DNA from: a virus
DNA length: 64,000 nt
Direction: 5' to 3' (one strand)
Virus record (IMG/VR): IMGVR_UViG_3300037499_000265
Location: 32,001 to 96,000 of that record
Shown here: piece by piece, positions 37,501-45,842 of the stretch
Layout: each line of letters starts with the position of its first letter
How positions within the stretch are numbered: the stretch's first letter is position 1
Position numbers and translations under genes: made by a program
The notes under the pieces: generated by a model
Databases searched by the model: none
What the model was told of the DNA's origin: nothing
The model's input: the letters and a program-made list of their open reading frames with translations, nothing else

Positions 37501-38805
37501 GACATAGGCAGCGAACTGCTCGGTCAACGGACTCGCGGCCGCGAGCACGGTGACAAGAGCGTCTGCCAGCGATACCGCGGCCCGGCCGAGAGACTCCAGC
37601 ACGCGGTTGTTCGACGCCAGGACCGTGCCGAATCGGGCCTGGAAGAACGGATCCTCGCTGAGAGCGGCGAACCGCCTGGAGACGGTGGCCAACACCCTGC
37701 CGGTCTGGGTCAGTTCTGAACTGAGTCGCGGCAGCAGGGCATCCGCGACCCGCTCGATCGATCGGTTGAATGTTTCAAGGGTGACGGCCTGGATGTCCTT
37801 GCCCAGATCACGGAGCCGGTCTCGAGTCTCGTCGAGTCGGTCGTTGAACTTGTCCAGCAACGGACCTTCGGTCTTGAACGCGGTGAAGAGCACACCGAAG
37901 CCCTGTGCGGCAACGGTCAATCCTTGACCGAGAACGGCAAGTGATGCCCCGATAGCTGGCCCCAACGGGGACAGCAGGGAGACCGCCTCACCGACGAAGG
38001 CAGCGATGATCTTTGACACGCCGGCGAGAGCCGGTGCGAACGCGGCGAGGAAGAACGGCAGGATGGGCAGTCGCCGAATCTCGAACGCCAGCTCACGACC
38101 GATGCTACGACCGAGCCTCTGCCCGATCCGGCGGCCGGTGGAACTGGCTGACGAGATAGCTCGCCGGCCTACCTGCTCGATCGCCTCGAAGGACTCGCGG
38201 ACCGTCTTCGTGGTCTCGGTCAGCGCCTTGCGACGCTCCGTGCTCAGCCGTGTGACGACCGAGGAGATACGCTTAGACTCTTTCTGGTATGCCTTAGAAA
38301 CCCGGATCGTATCTTGGATCTCCGCGATTGCGGCATCGCGAGACGACTTCTCTCTGGCCTGTGCACCCAACTCGGCGATTCGTCGCCGTTCTCGCTCGAA
38401 TTTGGTATCGAGCTTCAAGGCCTCGGTATGCGCCCGGCCTAGTTGTTGGATGCGCTCACGAACCTCCTTGTTGATCGACTTGGAGATCAGATTGATCCGG
38501 CGCTGCTCGAACTGCCCCTGCATACGGAGTGCCTCGGTGTGCGCCTTGTCGATCTCCCGAGAGGCGAGCTTGCTGGCACTCTTGACCGATTTTGAGACAA
38601 TGCGCGCCCATTGAGACCGGTCGAAACCCTGTCCCACCCGGTCGCCGAAACGCTGGCCGAGCTTGTTCCCCTCACGGTCGACATCCCGCCGCGCGTCTTT
38701 GGCGCCCTGCTCGAACCCCCGCCGGATGTCCCGCTTGACGCCTTGGGTAAGAGCCCTAATAGTTACAAATGCCGTACCGACTATGTTATCGGCCAAAAGG
38801 GACAC
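34594..38805 (-). CDS. Tape measure protein
   Basis: 1403 aa, helical and Ala-rich with hydrophobic stretches; follows the tail chaperones. Confidence 0.95.
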   Translation of the reverse strand: MSLLADNIVGTAFVTIRALTQGVKRDIRRGFEQGAKDARRDVDREGNKLGQRFGDRVGQGFDRSQWARIVSKSVKSASKLASREIDKAHTEALRMQGQFEQRRINLISKSINKEVRERIQQLGRAHTEALKLDTKFERERRRIAELGAQAREKSSRDAAIAEIQDTIRVSKAYQKESKRISSVVTRLSTERRKALTETTKTVRESFEAIEQVGRRAISSASSTGRRIGQRLGRSIGRELAFEIRRLPILPFFLAAFAPALAGVSKIIAAFVGEAVSLLSPLGPAIGASLAVLGQGLTVAAQGFGVLFTAFKTEGPLLDKFNDRLDETRDRLRDLGKDIQAVTLETFNRSIERVADALLPRLSSELTQTGRVLATVSRRFAALSEDPFFQARFGTVLASNNRVLESLGRAAVSLADALVTVLAAASPLTEQFAAYVANVAAGWSETLRLSQETGRLADWFHRTGEFLQQLGRIGSNVRQALSETFRIANRDAFDLWGRIEGLTERWLTFTRSVSGRNQIADFLDRARAVVIEVTGLFGDMFRLVGRGLVSNSDSLIAFIRTLRFQVLPAVGEMGSAFAGLGPMFNELVVSVANLFRTLAQTGAISTFISTLRTAFQVLEAMISMPVVGEITRWTIAFLAFGKALNIVTLGAFTRALTPLLGRLSEVGVALGIVARQAVVAAGGAGLGALRGSAGLLAGALGGGVGLAITGVVVGLGLLVKSHFDAKKAAEEHQAKMLDFASTLDRATGAVTEQSREWIASEAESRGLTDSVAALGLETSLLTDAALGNAQAQDELNAAMEGNLARQTAGFMREFSDSARDAVTGVEGLKFSQEDLTAAMEAGGDELERFLNTALATGQITPQLADEIRNAAVEHNDLRGFVDELNAAMAEEQQRIRDIAAAAGTTSAEVRTLSDAIGVLADEFASADDKARALDDALSVLEGGERDIDEATRRMHQSFRDVDDALVDTAASAEKGKTVYRDLTDAIDASTGKLDQTTEVGAIVADTYDRLFDNASAAALAIAESGGSAEEVRAPYDTMIGQFRDLLETAGATPEQIDGIVSSLQEVPIETVVDLILNPDPFNDPLDSAEARLAEVDGAQAIAELFGDDTDLANKIVANRGNLNDLDAVIATATADMDDSEAQAVYRRVVTILADLDSQNPTPIAGLDPQILEREKRDIDAKLAELNRQRPTPEVRAETRIFQARKREVDRQLENLRNARANPTVGVTDQATSRLQSIKDLLAGIKSKTITVTTRVAGATGQGGLTVSGAKGLIAAPHGRLIAAAGGALARRAPMVAKGGSNIFWAEPETHAESYIPWAPGKRPRAKKILERTAREFGYQLHPMADGGIVAQTQAALNNDAERSRVSIASSSSEGITVENLNVRAFNDRFSLRQIEDELAMHGAV

Positions 38806-38874
38806 CTCCCCACGACGTCGTTCTGACAGGCATCCCTAACATCAACGGCTGTACCAGCATCCTAGCCGGTACGT

Positions 38875-39569
38875 CTAGTTCAGCGGTTGTTCTTTCCAGT
38901 CGCCCGGCAGGACGGTCACCCCGTCGCCGAACGGGTTCTCGCCCGGACCGACGGTCCTCGGCTGAATCGCGGCTCTCTTGCCGCCTCGCCTAGCCGACTG
39001 TGGAACAGCTGGCGGCGGCGTGGATGACTGCCCGACCTCTCCGGCGATGATGGCTCGGATCTTCTGACGGGCTTCCCGATCTGGATCAACCATGTAGTCC
39101 TCGAACATCGTGACGGTCAGAGCGAACAGTTCGGCTGCGGTCAGGCTTTCGAGGCGGGGGCCTTGCGTCGCGACGAGCCGGCCTTCGATCCAGAGTCGCT
39201 GGGAACAGAGCCATTCGAAGAGCTCTGTTCCGGCTCGGTAGGGGTTCCGCCTAGATACTCCTCCGCCAACGAGATCGCGATGTCCATCAGAGTCTCGGGG
39301 TCGACGAAGTTGTCCTTGTCGGCGAGGAACTTGTTGAACCGCTCCCGATCGTCTTCGACGATCGCGATCTCGAAGAGCTTCTTGATCGCCGCGGCGGCCT
39401 CGCCGGTGTTGTCGGAGTCGATCCCCGCCAGCAAGTCGATCAGATCCACGCCGAGGATCATCGGGATGGCCAGGAATGTCTCTTCCTTGCCTTCGGGGCC
39501 GATGTCAAGTTCGATCGGCTCCATCTCTTCCGACGTCCTAGACGTCCGGAACGTTAACCGCTTACCCAT
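38875..39569 (-). CDS. Tail assembly chaperone pair: short form 39141-39569; long form via a probable -1 frameshift to 38875
   Basis: The -1 frame is open through RRNPYRAGTELFEWLCSQRLWIEG into the 38875-39108 ORF. Confidence 0.7.
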
Positions 39570-39591
39570 GAAAACTCCTCAACTTGTCTTC

Positions 39592-40053
39592 TCAACTCAT
39601 GGCGATTCGAAGGGCTTTGGTCAGGTACTCCTGGGCTGGACTCCCAGGATGTCTGACTCGCTTCAAATAGACAACTCCGCCCGCCTTCACCCAGTAGAAA
39701 CGCAGTCGCGAGGCTCGGCGAGGCACGATCGGATATACGCCTCGCCCGCCGTGGACTCCGGTGCCCTCATGATGGAAGATGGCATAGCCGACGATCCGTC
39801 CGGTCGGATTGGCCCCAGCATGTGCCTCGACGTCGCGGTTCGGGGCGAACCGGTGCACGACTCGCAGGCTGCGAGCCAGCCGACCGCTACCGGACCGGCT
39901 GGAGACGCCGGCGTACTTCTTGCCGATGAACCCACGACCGAGATTCACCGTACGGTCCGCGATGCTGTCGATGTGCCTGCCGACCGGACCCGGCCACGAC
40001 TTGAACACGTAGGTGAAAGCTTGTTCGTGCCAGACCCAGATCAGCTCGGCCAT
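39592..40053 (-). CDS. Neck/tail-completion protein (HK97 gp10-like)
   Basis: SGRLARS, YAIFHHEGT and V.HPG...YL..AL; TGATG coupling. Confidence 0.7.
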   Translation of the reverse strand: MAELIWVWHEQAFTYVFKSWPGPVGRHIDSIADRTVNLGRGFIGKKYAGVSSRSGSGRLARSLRVVHRFAPNRDVEAHAGANPTGRIVGYAIFHHEGTGVHGGRGVYPIVPRRASRLRFYWVKAGGVVYLKRVRHPGSPAQEYLTKALRIAMS

Positions 40054-40553
40054 CAGTGCAGCGCGATCGAGGCGAGGAGCCTGGTGGCGTAGTTGTCGCC
40101 CTGCGGCGCGAGGAACTGGATGCTGGCAACGATATGACCCCACCGGTCGCCGATCCGCTTGGCCACCGCCCCTCTGAGTACGGCGGAGTCCTCGCTGGCC
40201 TGCTGGACCTGAGCGGTGAGTATGGCCCTCGGTACGACGCCATTGCTACCGGGTTTGGCGGCGCAACGGATGATGTCGGCATACAGGTTGACAGTCCAGG
40301 CCGGCAACGAATGGTCGTCGTACTGACCGATCCCTAATGGCAGGGCCTCGGGGATTCCGGTGTTCATCGGCGCCAACGCCACCACGACCGAGGGACATGC
40401 GTGGACGGTCTCGACCATGTCAAGATACTGCGACTCCGGGAGCTCGACATCGAGATCGTCGGCAGCTTCGTTGATGAACGTCAGCAGCCGATCAGCCTCG
40501 AAGAAGACCCGGTCCTTCTCGTCGGGCAGTACGGCGACGGGCTGGACAGTCAT
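40053..40553 (-). CDS. Tail terminator-like protein
   Basis: Position between adaptor and tail genes. Confidence 0.6.
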   Translation of the reverse strand: MTVQPVAVLPDEKDRVFFEADRLLTFINEAADDLDVELPESQYLDMVETVHACPSVVVALAPMNTGIPEALPLGIGQYDDHSLPAWTVNLYADIIRCAAKPGSNGVVPRAILTAQVQQASEDSAVLRGAVAKRIGDRWGHIVASIQFLAPQGDNYATRLLASIALH

Positions 40554-40918
40554 CAGTCGTCTCCGAGGAGTCCCTGGTTCTCCAGGAGCTCAATGATCTC
40601 TTTCCGGTTCAGGCCGGCCCACGACTGGAGAGGCGAGTTGGTCACCTGGGACGCGAACTCTCTCCACGGCTCAGTACCTGACCCCGGTCCCACCCGCGGC
40701 GGTGGCTTGGGAGTGTCGACCTGGACGGCTGGTATCGGCTCCTCCGTCGGCTCCGGAGCCTGCGGAGCTGGGGTCTGGAGGTCTTCAGCGGCGGGCTCGT
40801 CAGGCGTTGGAACGACCGGCTCCGGAACGCTCTGCTCCTGATGTGGTGGACTGACCCTCGCGGGACGGGAAGGGCGCCGAACACGTGGAGCGAATGGGTC
40901 GTGGATAGCCATGATCAA
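40553..40918 (-). CDS. Pro-rich hypothetical protein with a small C-terminal helical domain
   Basis: Low-complexity linker then W..LNRKEII. Confidence 0.6.
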   Translation of the reverse strand: MIMAIHDPFAPRVRRPSRPARVSPPHQEQSVPEPVVPTPDEPAAEDLQTPAPQAPEPTEEPIPAVQVDTPKPPPRVGPGSGTEPWREFASQVTNSPLQSWAGLNRKEIIELLENQGLLGDD

Positions 40919-41565
40919 CTTCCTTGTCTCGCTTGACGTCGGCCCGGACGGTAATCGGTAGAGTACACTCTAGCCCTTTTACGAGCCTTGGACGGATTGA
41001 AGACACTGAGTGCGAAATCGACCTCGGGGATGCCGGTCCGACCGTCGTCAAGAAAATCCATCGGGTCGATCAGGGTCATGTCGATGCCGCGGCTGGAGAT
41101 CTCCTTCACCCGAGACGGCAGTCGACACGCGTCTAGGTCGTCGTAGAAGTTGTCGATCTCTTCGGCCAAGATGTCGATGGCGTTCTTGACCTGCTCCGGC
41201 GCTTCGGCGCCGTAGGTGTAGTCGACGATCACCTTGCGACCACAGGCGGGATCCAGTGGGTCGAGCAGTATTCCGATCGGGTCGATACCGGTCCAGACCC
41301 ACCCACTCGAGGCCCACAGCAGGTTCCCGCACTGTCTGGGCAGTTCCAGTATGGTGCCGTTCTTGAGTTCGAAGTCGAGGATTTCCTCACCGCGGACGGT
41401 GACACTGTCGATCACGATGACCGGTCGGCCGCGCAGATGAATGCTTCGGACCCTGGTCTCGTACTCTTCGACGGCCCTGATCGGCGGCCACACCCATCGA
41501 CGACCGAGCAGCTCGTACATCACCCGGTTGGCGACAACGATGGAGTTCCCGGGGTTGACTGGCAC
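40915..41565 (-). CDS. Head-to-tail adaptor
   Basis: YELLGRRW, DYTYG..P....AI..LA.E, RLPSRV..ISSRG and TGIPEVD. Confidence 0.8.
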   Translation of the reverse strand: MPVNPGNSIVVANRVMYELLGRRWVWPPIRAVEEYETRVRSIHLRGRPVIVIDSVTVRGEEILDFELKNGTILELPRQCGNLLWASSGWVWTGIDPIGILLDPLDPACGRKVIVDYTYGAEAPEQVKNAIDILAEEIDNFYDDLDACRLPSRVKEISSRGIDMTLIDPMDFLDDGRTGIPEVDFALSVFNPSKARKRARVYSTDYRPGRRQARQGS

Positions 41566-41649
41566 TCCACTGCCTCCCTAGATGCCGAACGACCCTGCCA
41601 CTCACAGCGTAGAGCAGCAAGGCCATTCGGTCATATCGACGAGGAAAGA

Positions 41650-42291
41650 CTAGCTTCCGACGACTACGTAGTCCTCGATACCGCTCGGGAAGGTGTCGGT
41701 ACGGGCGTACTGGAACGGGCTGGCCGAAGTGAACGGCCAGTCGTCCCCCGGACCGTCGCCCCAGTCGGTGTTGCCGACACCCCACCCTTCGAAGGTGTTG
41801 GCGAGCATGCCGTTCTCCAACAGTCGTTCGCCGGCGAACCGCATCTGGGCGTACGGGAAGACCCACCACCAGTACGGGTTCGGACTGGCGAGCCGACCGT
41901 CCTCGACCGCGCGAGACCAGATTTCCAACGACACGCCGAACGGTGTGGCGTCGACACCGACTGACGGGCCTTGGTAGCCGACGACCTCGGTACCGGTCTC
42001 CAGCAACGTGCCGCCAGCGAGGATCTCGGAGAGTTCCGGCGACGGCGCGCAGATCTGCAGGGTGAAGACGACTCGCTTGAGCACGTCGGGCAGCTTGAAG
42101 TAGACACAGACCGAACCGTCTGCGGCCTTCTCCTCGACCTCGTCGCCCTCGGTGTACTCCGGGGTGAACCCGAGAGTCATGAACCGGCTGGTGACGTACG
42201 CCGACTCAGCTCCTGGCAACGGCTCGCCAGAAACGGCCAGCTTGGACGCACGAAGAGCCAGTCCGCTGACACTGGCGGGACTTGCAGCCAT
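41650..42291 (-). CDS. Major tail protein
   Basis: R.SKL..SG, G.EVEEK.ADG.VC and Y.WWVFP actinophage tail tube pattern. Confidence 0.85.
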   Translation of the reverse strand: MAASPASVSGLALRASKLAVSGEPLPGAESAYVTSRFMTLGFTPEYTEGDEVEEKAADGSVCVYFKLPDVLKRVVFTLQICAPSPELSEILAGGTLLETGTEVVGYQGPSVGVDATPFGVSLEIWSRAVEDGRLASPNPYWWWVFPYAQMRFAGERLLENGMLANTFEGWGVGNTDWGDGPGDDWPFTSASPFQYARTDTFPSGIEDYVVVGS

Positions 42292-42303
42292 ATCAAACTC
42301 CGA

Positions 42304-43041
42304 TCATGATCCGATGACACCCAGACGAGCTAGGCACGGGTCGAATTGAATGAGCCCCATCCGGGTCCCCTCGGCGTACCGACGGTTCACCGTCCACTGC
42401 TCGTGGGTCAGGTTCTGGATGGAGCCGATGTAGATCTGGATCGGCCCGGTGACCGCGATGCCGTCGATCGGGTATGCCGGGTTGACCACGTACGGAACGT
42501 TGAGAACACCCACGTCCAGTCCGAGCTGCAGAGCGGCGCCCATGCCGAGATGCAGGACAGGGTTCAGGTCCGGATGAGCCTCGAACGCGTCGGACAGCAA
42601 CTCTGCGACAGCGGTCTTCGGGTCAACATCGAGAGCCGAGGTGGCGACGGCTCCAGAGGTGAGGAACAACTGATTGAACTGGTCGCCGCCCGAGCCGTCG
42701 GCCCAGTTGCTGTCACCGAACCAGAGCACCTGGCCGACCAGATGCTCCGTGGCCTGGTCGAACGCGGCGATCAACTCGCGAGGACCGTCGCCCGGCTCGC
42801 ACCGGACCGGGAACTTCTGTCGGGCGGCGATGGCGAACGGCAGGGCCAGGTATCCGAATCCCGACTCGTCGATGTCCCCGTCCGGAGGGATCTCAGGACA
42901 GATCTCGGCGAAGAAGAACTCCCGGCCGCAGGCCCACGCGTTGTACGCCAGGCCTAGGCCATGCAGTGGCCCGCCGTCGGTGTCGACGTCGGTCACCGCG
43001 ATGGAGGGAACCTCCTTGCCGAGCAGACTCGCTGCGGTCAT
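42304..43041 (-). CDS. Minor head/capsid-associated protein
   Basis: Follows the capsid gene; ends with A.R....FDPC. Confidence 0.65.
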   Translation of the reverse strand: MTAASLLGKEVPSIAVTDVDTDGGPLHGLGLAYNAWACGREFFFAEICPEIPPDGDIDESGFGYLALPFAIAARQKFPVRCEPGDGPRELIAAFDQATEHLVGQVLWFGDSNWADGSGGDQFNQLFLTSGAVATSALDVDPKTAVAELLSDAFEAHPDLNPVLHLGMGAALQLGLDVGVLNVPYVVNPAYPIDGIAVTGPIQIYIGSIQNLTHEQWTVNRRYAEGTRMGLIQFDPCLARLGVIGS

Positions 43042-43093
43042 GGTTCCCTCCTCCCGTGCTTCTCGTTCAACGACTCGAACTCACTCGCGTTGC

Positions 43094-44821
43094 TTACGAG
43101 CCGGACGGAGCGACGGTGCCGACCGTGGCACCCTCGATCAGGCTGACCTGGGTGACGGACAGTGCCTCGACACCGATCATCGCGACGCCCTCGAAGGTCT
43201 CCATGAAGACCTTGTAGTCGTTGGTCGAGACCAGGGCCGAGTCGCGGACCACGCCGATGTCCAGCGTCCCGCCGTCGAGGAATAGGAACGAGCCCTCGGC
43301 GAACAGGTGCCAGACGAACTCGTCCGGGTACTCCACCAGCGGAGCAGACCCCGCCTGGGCGTCGAACGGACCGTCCAGGTGCCAGGACACCCGAACGTTC
43401 TGGGCGGCCAGGAAGGCCTGGATCTGAGCGTCAGCGTAGGCGACGTTGTCATCGCCCGGCAGGCCCTGCGAGAAGTCCGTCCGCATCGCGTCGAGCACCC
43501 ACTCGGGAGCGATGACACGAAGCGGCGTGGTCCGGCGCATACGGTGCCGGGACCGGTAGGCCGACGCGCCTCGGGCGATCGCGTTCAAGAAGTCCCGCCC
43601 GACACCGAGCTTGGCCGCCGAGGTGACCGCCGTGGACAGCGCGCTCATCTTGGACAGCAGTTCCAGCTCGGCGAACCGGGCGTGCTGGACCAGGCCCAGC
43701 TCGTTGTTCCGGTTGACCAGCTCCGGGTAGGCCCGGGTCATGAAGTTGCCGAACTCGAGCTGGAGGGTCACCGCGTCGGACTCGGCGTCCACCTCGGCCG
43801 CGCAGGTGACCTTCAGCTCGGCCTTGACGGCCGTGCCGGGGCTGGCGTCGATGGTAGAGGTCCAGAGGCCCACCGCGTCCTCGAGATCGGTCAGCACCGG
43901 TGGCGTGACGAACCGGACACCGCCGCGAGAAGCGTTGAACATCATCAACGCGTCCCGGACCGGCCGGTCGACGACACCGAGGCCGAAGATGTCGTAGCGC
44001 ACCGGCAGCGGAGCGCAGTACCCGCCGGAAGCGACCACGGCCTGCTCCAGCACCGCGTTGATCTTCCTGGCGTTGCCCTGGAAGTCGCCGTCGAGGATCC
44101 GGTCCTCGGGGTAGGACGCCATCACGGTGGCGACCGTGTGCTTCTCCCCGTCACCGCCCGCGGCGCGCTTGATGGCACGGATCCGCTGGGCGAACGCCTT
44201 GCCGACGTCCTCAGCGGTCTTGAACGCAGAACCGGCCGAGGTGCCCTGCACGTCCATGCCGGCCAGAATCGCGGTCGGCATGCCCTGGGTAGTGGCGATG
44301 GGCTTGTTGTCCTCGGGGACTTCGATGGCTGTGTCGACGGAAGCGGAAGCGGTCACCGTCGTCTCCTCACTGGTGGTGGTGGTCTCAGCCTGCGCCTCCG
44401 CGCCCGCCGGGGCAGGATCGGATTCGGGTGGCTCTGATGCGTCAGCCGAGGCCGTGGTGGCGTCGGCCGGGGTAGGCGAGTCATCAGGCGCTGGCGCCGC
44501 AGGCTCGTCCGTCGTGGGTGTCGGATCGGTCGACGGCTCGTCCGTGCTGGCAGTCGTCGCTTCGACCGGAGCGGGCTCGTCCGCAGCAGCGGTCTCCTCG
44601 GCCGGAACGGAGTCGCCTCCGTCGGACTCAGTAGCGGCCGTCAAGGCATCCTTGCGACCGGTGAGTGTCTTCGTGGCGGCCAGGTACTCCTGCATCTCGG
44701 CGGCGTTCCCGGCCTCGTCGGCCTTGGTGAACGCTTCCTTCGCCGAAGCGATGAGGGCGTCGACCTGCTCTGCAGTCAGGGTGTCGAGATTCTCCAACCC
44801 CTGCTTGATCGGATCGATCAC
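43094..44821 (-). CDS. Major capsid protein with N-terminal scaffold-like extension
   Basis: Acidic coiled N-terminus; ASGG.CAP, RGGVRF, GGTLDIGVVRDS.L..TNDY..F.ETFEG. Confidence 0.9.
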   Translation of the reverse strand: MIDPIKQGLENLDTLTAEQVDALIASAKEAFTKADEAGNAAEMQEYLAATKTLTGRKDALTAATESDGGDSVPAEETAAADEPAPVEATTASTDEPSTDPTPTTDEPAAPAPDDSPTPADATTASADASEPPESDPAPAGAEAQAETTTTSEETTVTASASVDTAIEVPEDNKPIATTQGMPTAILAGMDVQGTSAGSAFKTAEDVGKAFAQRIRAIKRAAGGDGEKHTVATVMASYPEDRILDGDFQGNARKINAVLEQAVVASGGYCAPLPVRYDIFGLGVVDRPVRDALMMFNASRGGVRFVTPPVLTDLEDAVGLWTSTIDASPGTAVKAELKVTCAAEVDAESDAVTLQLEFGNFMTRAYPELVNRNNELGLVQHARFAELELLSKMSALSTAVTSAAKLGVGRDFLNAIARGASAYRSRHRMRRTTPLRVIAPEWVLDAMRTDFSQGLPGDDNVAYADAQIQAFLAAQNVRVSWHLDGPFDAQAGSAPLVEYPDEFVWHLFAEGSFLFLDGGTLDIGVVRDSALVSTNDYKVFMETFEGVAMIGVEALSVTQVSLIEGATVGTVAPSGS

Positions 44822-44942
44822 GGCAAACCTCCGTGTTTACATCGGGTGTGACCACACGGAGGTACCGACGACGTGAAACGTCGAATCGATCGCTCACGCA
44901 TACTCTCGCATGATCGGTGAGTTTTGTGCAACCTGCCGCGTT

Positions 44943-45806
44943 CTACTCGTTCCGGCTAGAAGCGGCGTGAACGTTGAAAACGATGCCGGCGGGTGTTTCC
45001 ATACTCGAGATCGTGCCGACGGACGAGACCACTGACTCGAGCTTGGTAGTCTCTCCAGCCGTCTCCGTGCTCTCGGTACCGGCGATCTTGTCCTCGATCT
45101 TGGTGATTCGAGTGTCCATGTCCGAGATCGCCGCAGCGATCGCCTCCTGCTGCCGCAGCTCGTACATGGCAGACGCACCGGCAGCGATGATGGCCTGCAT
45201 CTGACCGCCGGCCACCAGTGTCCGGGCCACCGGGAACCCCGGATGGTTGACCTGGCAGATCGCGACGAGTTCGTGCGAGCCGTTGATCGGGCGCCAGTCG
45301 CCGGACGGCGCGGAGGCTCGCAACGCGCGGATCTGCTCCGCGCTCACACCGGGACGGATCGAACCGGCGATCCAGATGCCGTGAGCGTCCTCGCCGACAT
45401 TGACGTCGGCGACCGCGGACGAGGTGTCGTCGTAGTGCTTGACGGCGTCCCCGGCACTCGCGGTCAGATCGTTGCAGTGTCCACCGGCGAGCGTGACCTG
45501 GCCGACCGGGATCTCGTCGCCTTCCTTGGAGACCACCACGCCGGTCCGGAAGAACGCGTAGTTGCTCGCGCTGCGTGGCACTCGCTGGTACGGCATGCCG
45601 GTGTGCGTGGCGTCCCACGGCGCGATGTGACCGTAGACCCGGCCGTCGGCCTTGACGGCAATGGGGGTCTTACCCTGGAGACTCGGGTTCTGGAACCACG
45701 TCCGCGGCGGGAAGAGTAGGGCGTCGTCTCCGGCGGCCGTGATGGCCGAGACGATCTCGTCGGATCCGTCCGGAACGGTTTCGGTGTACATGCCGTCGGC
45801 GAGCAT
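44943..45806 (-). CDS. Capsid maturation protease-like protein
   Basis: GRVYGHIA.W, HYD.T...ADV.VGED..GIW.AG and SGDWR motifs; directly upstream of the capsid gene. Confidence 0.75.
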   Translation of the reverse strand: MLADGMYTETVPDGSDEIVSAITAAGDDALLFPPRTWFQNPSLQGKTPIAVKADGRVYGHIAPWDATHTGMPYQRVPRSASNYAFFRTGVVVSKEGDEIPVGQVTLAGGHCNDLTASAGDAVKHYDDTSSAVADVNVGEDAHGIWIAGSIRPGVSAEQIRALRASAPSGDWRPINGSHELVAICQVNHPGFPVARTLVAGGQMQAIIAAGASAMYELRQQEAIAAAISDMDTRITKIEDKIAGTESTETAGETTKLESVVSSVGTISSMETPAGIVFNVHAASSRNE

Positions 45807-45842
45807 ATTCGCTCCTTGGTAATGCCCAACGGTGTCAACGGA

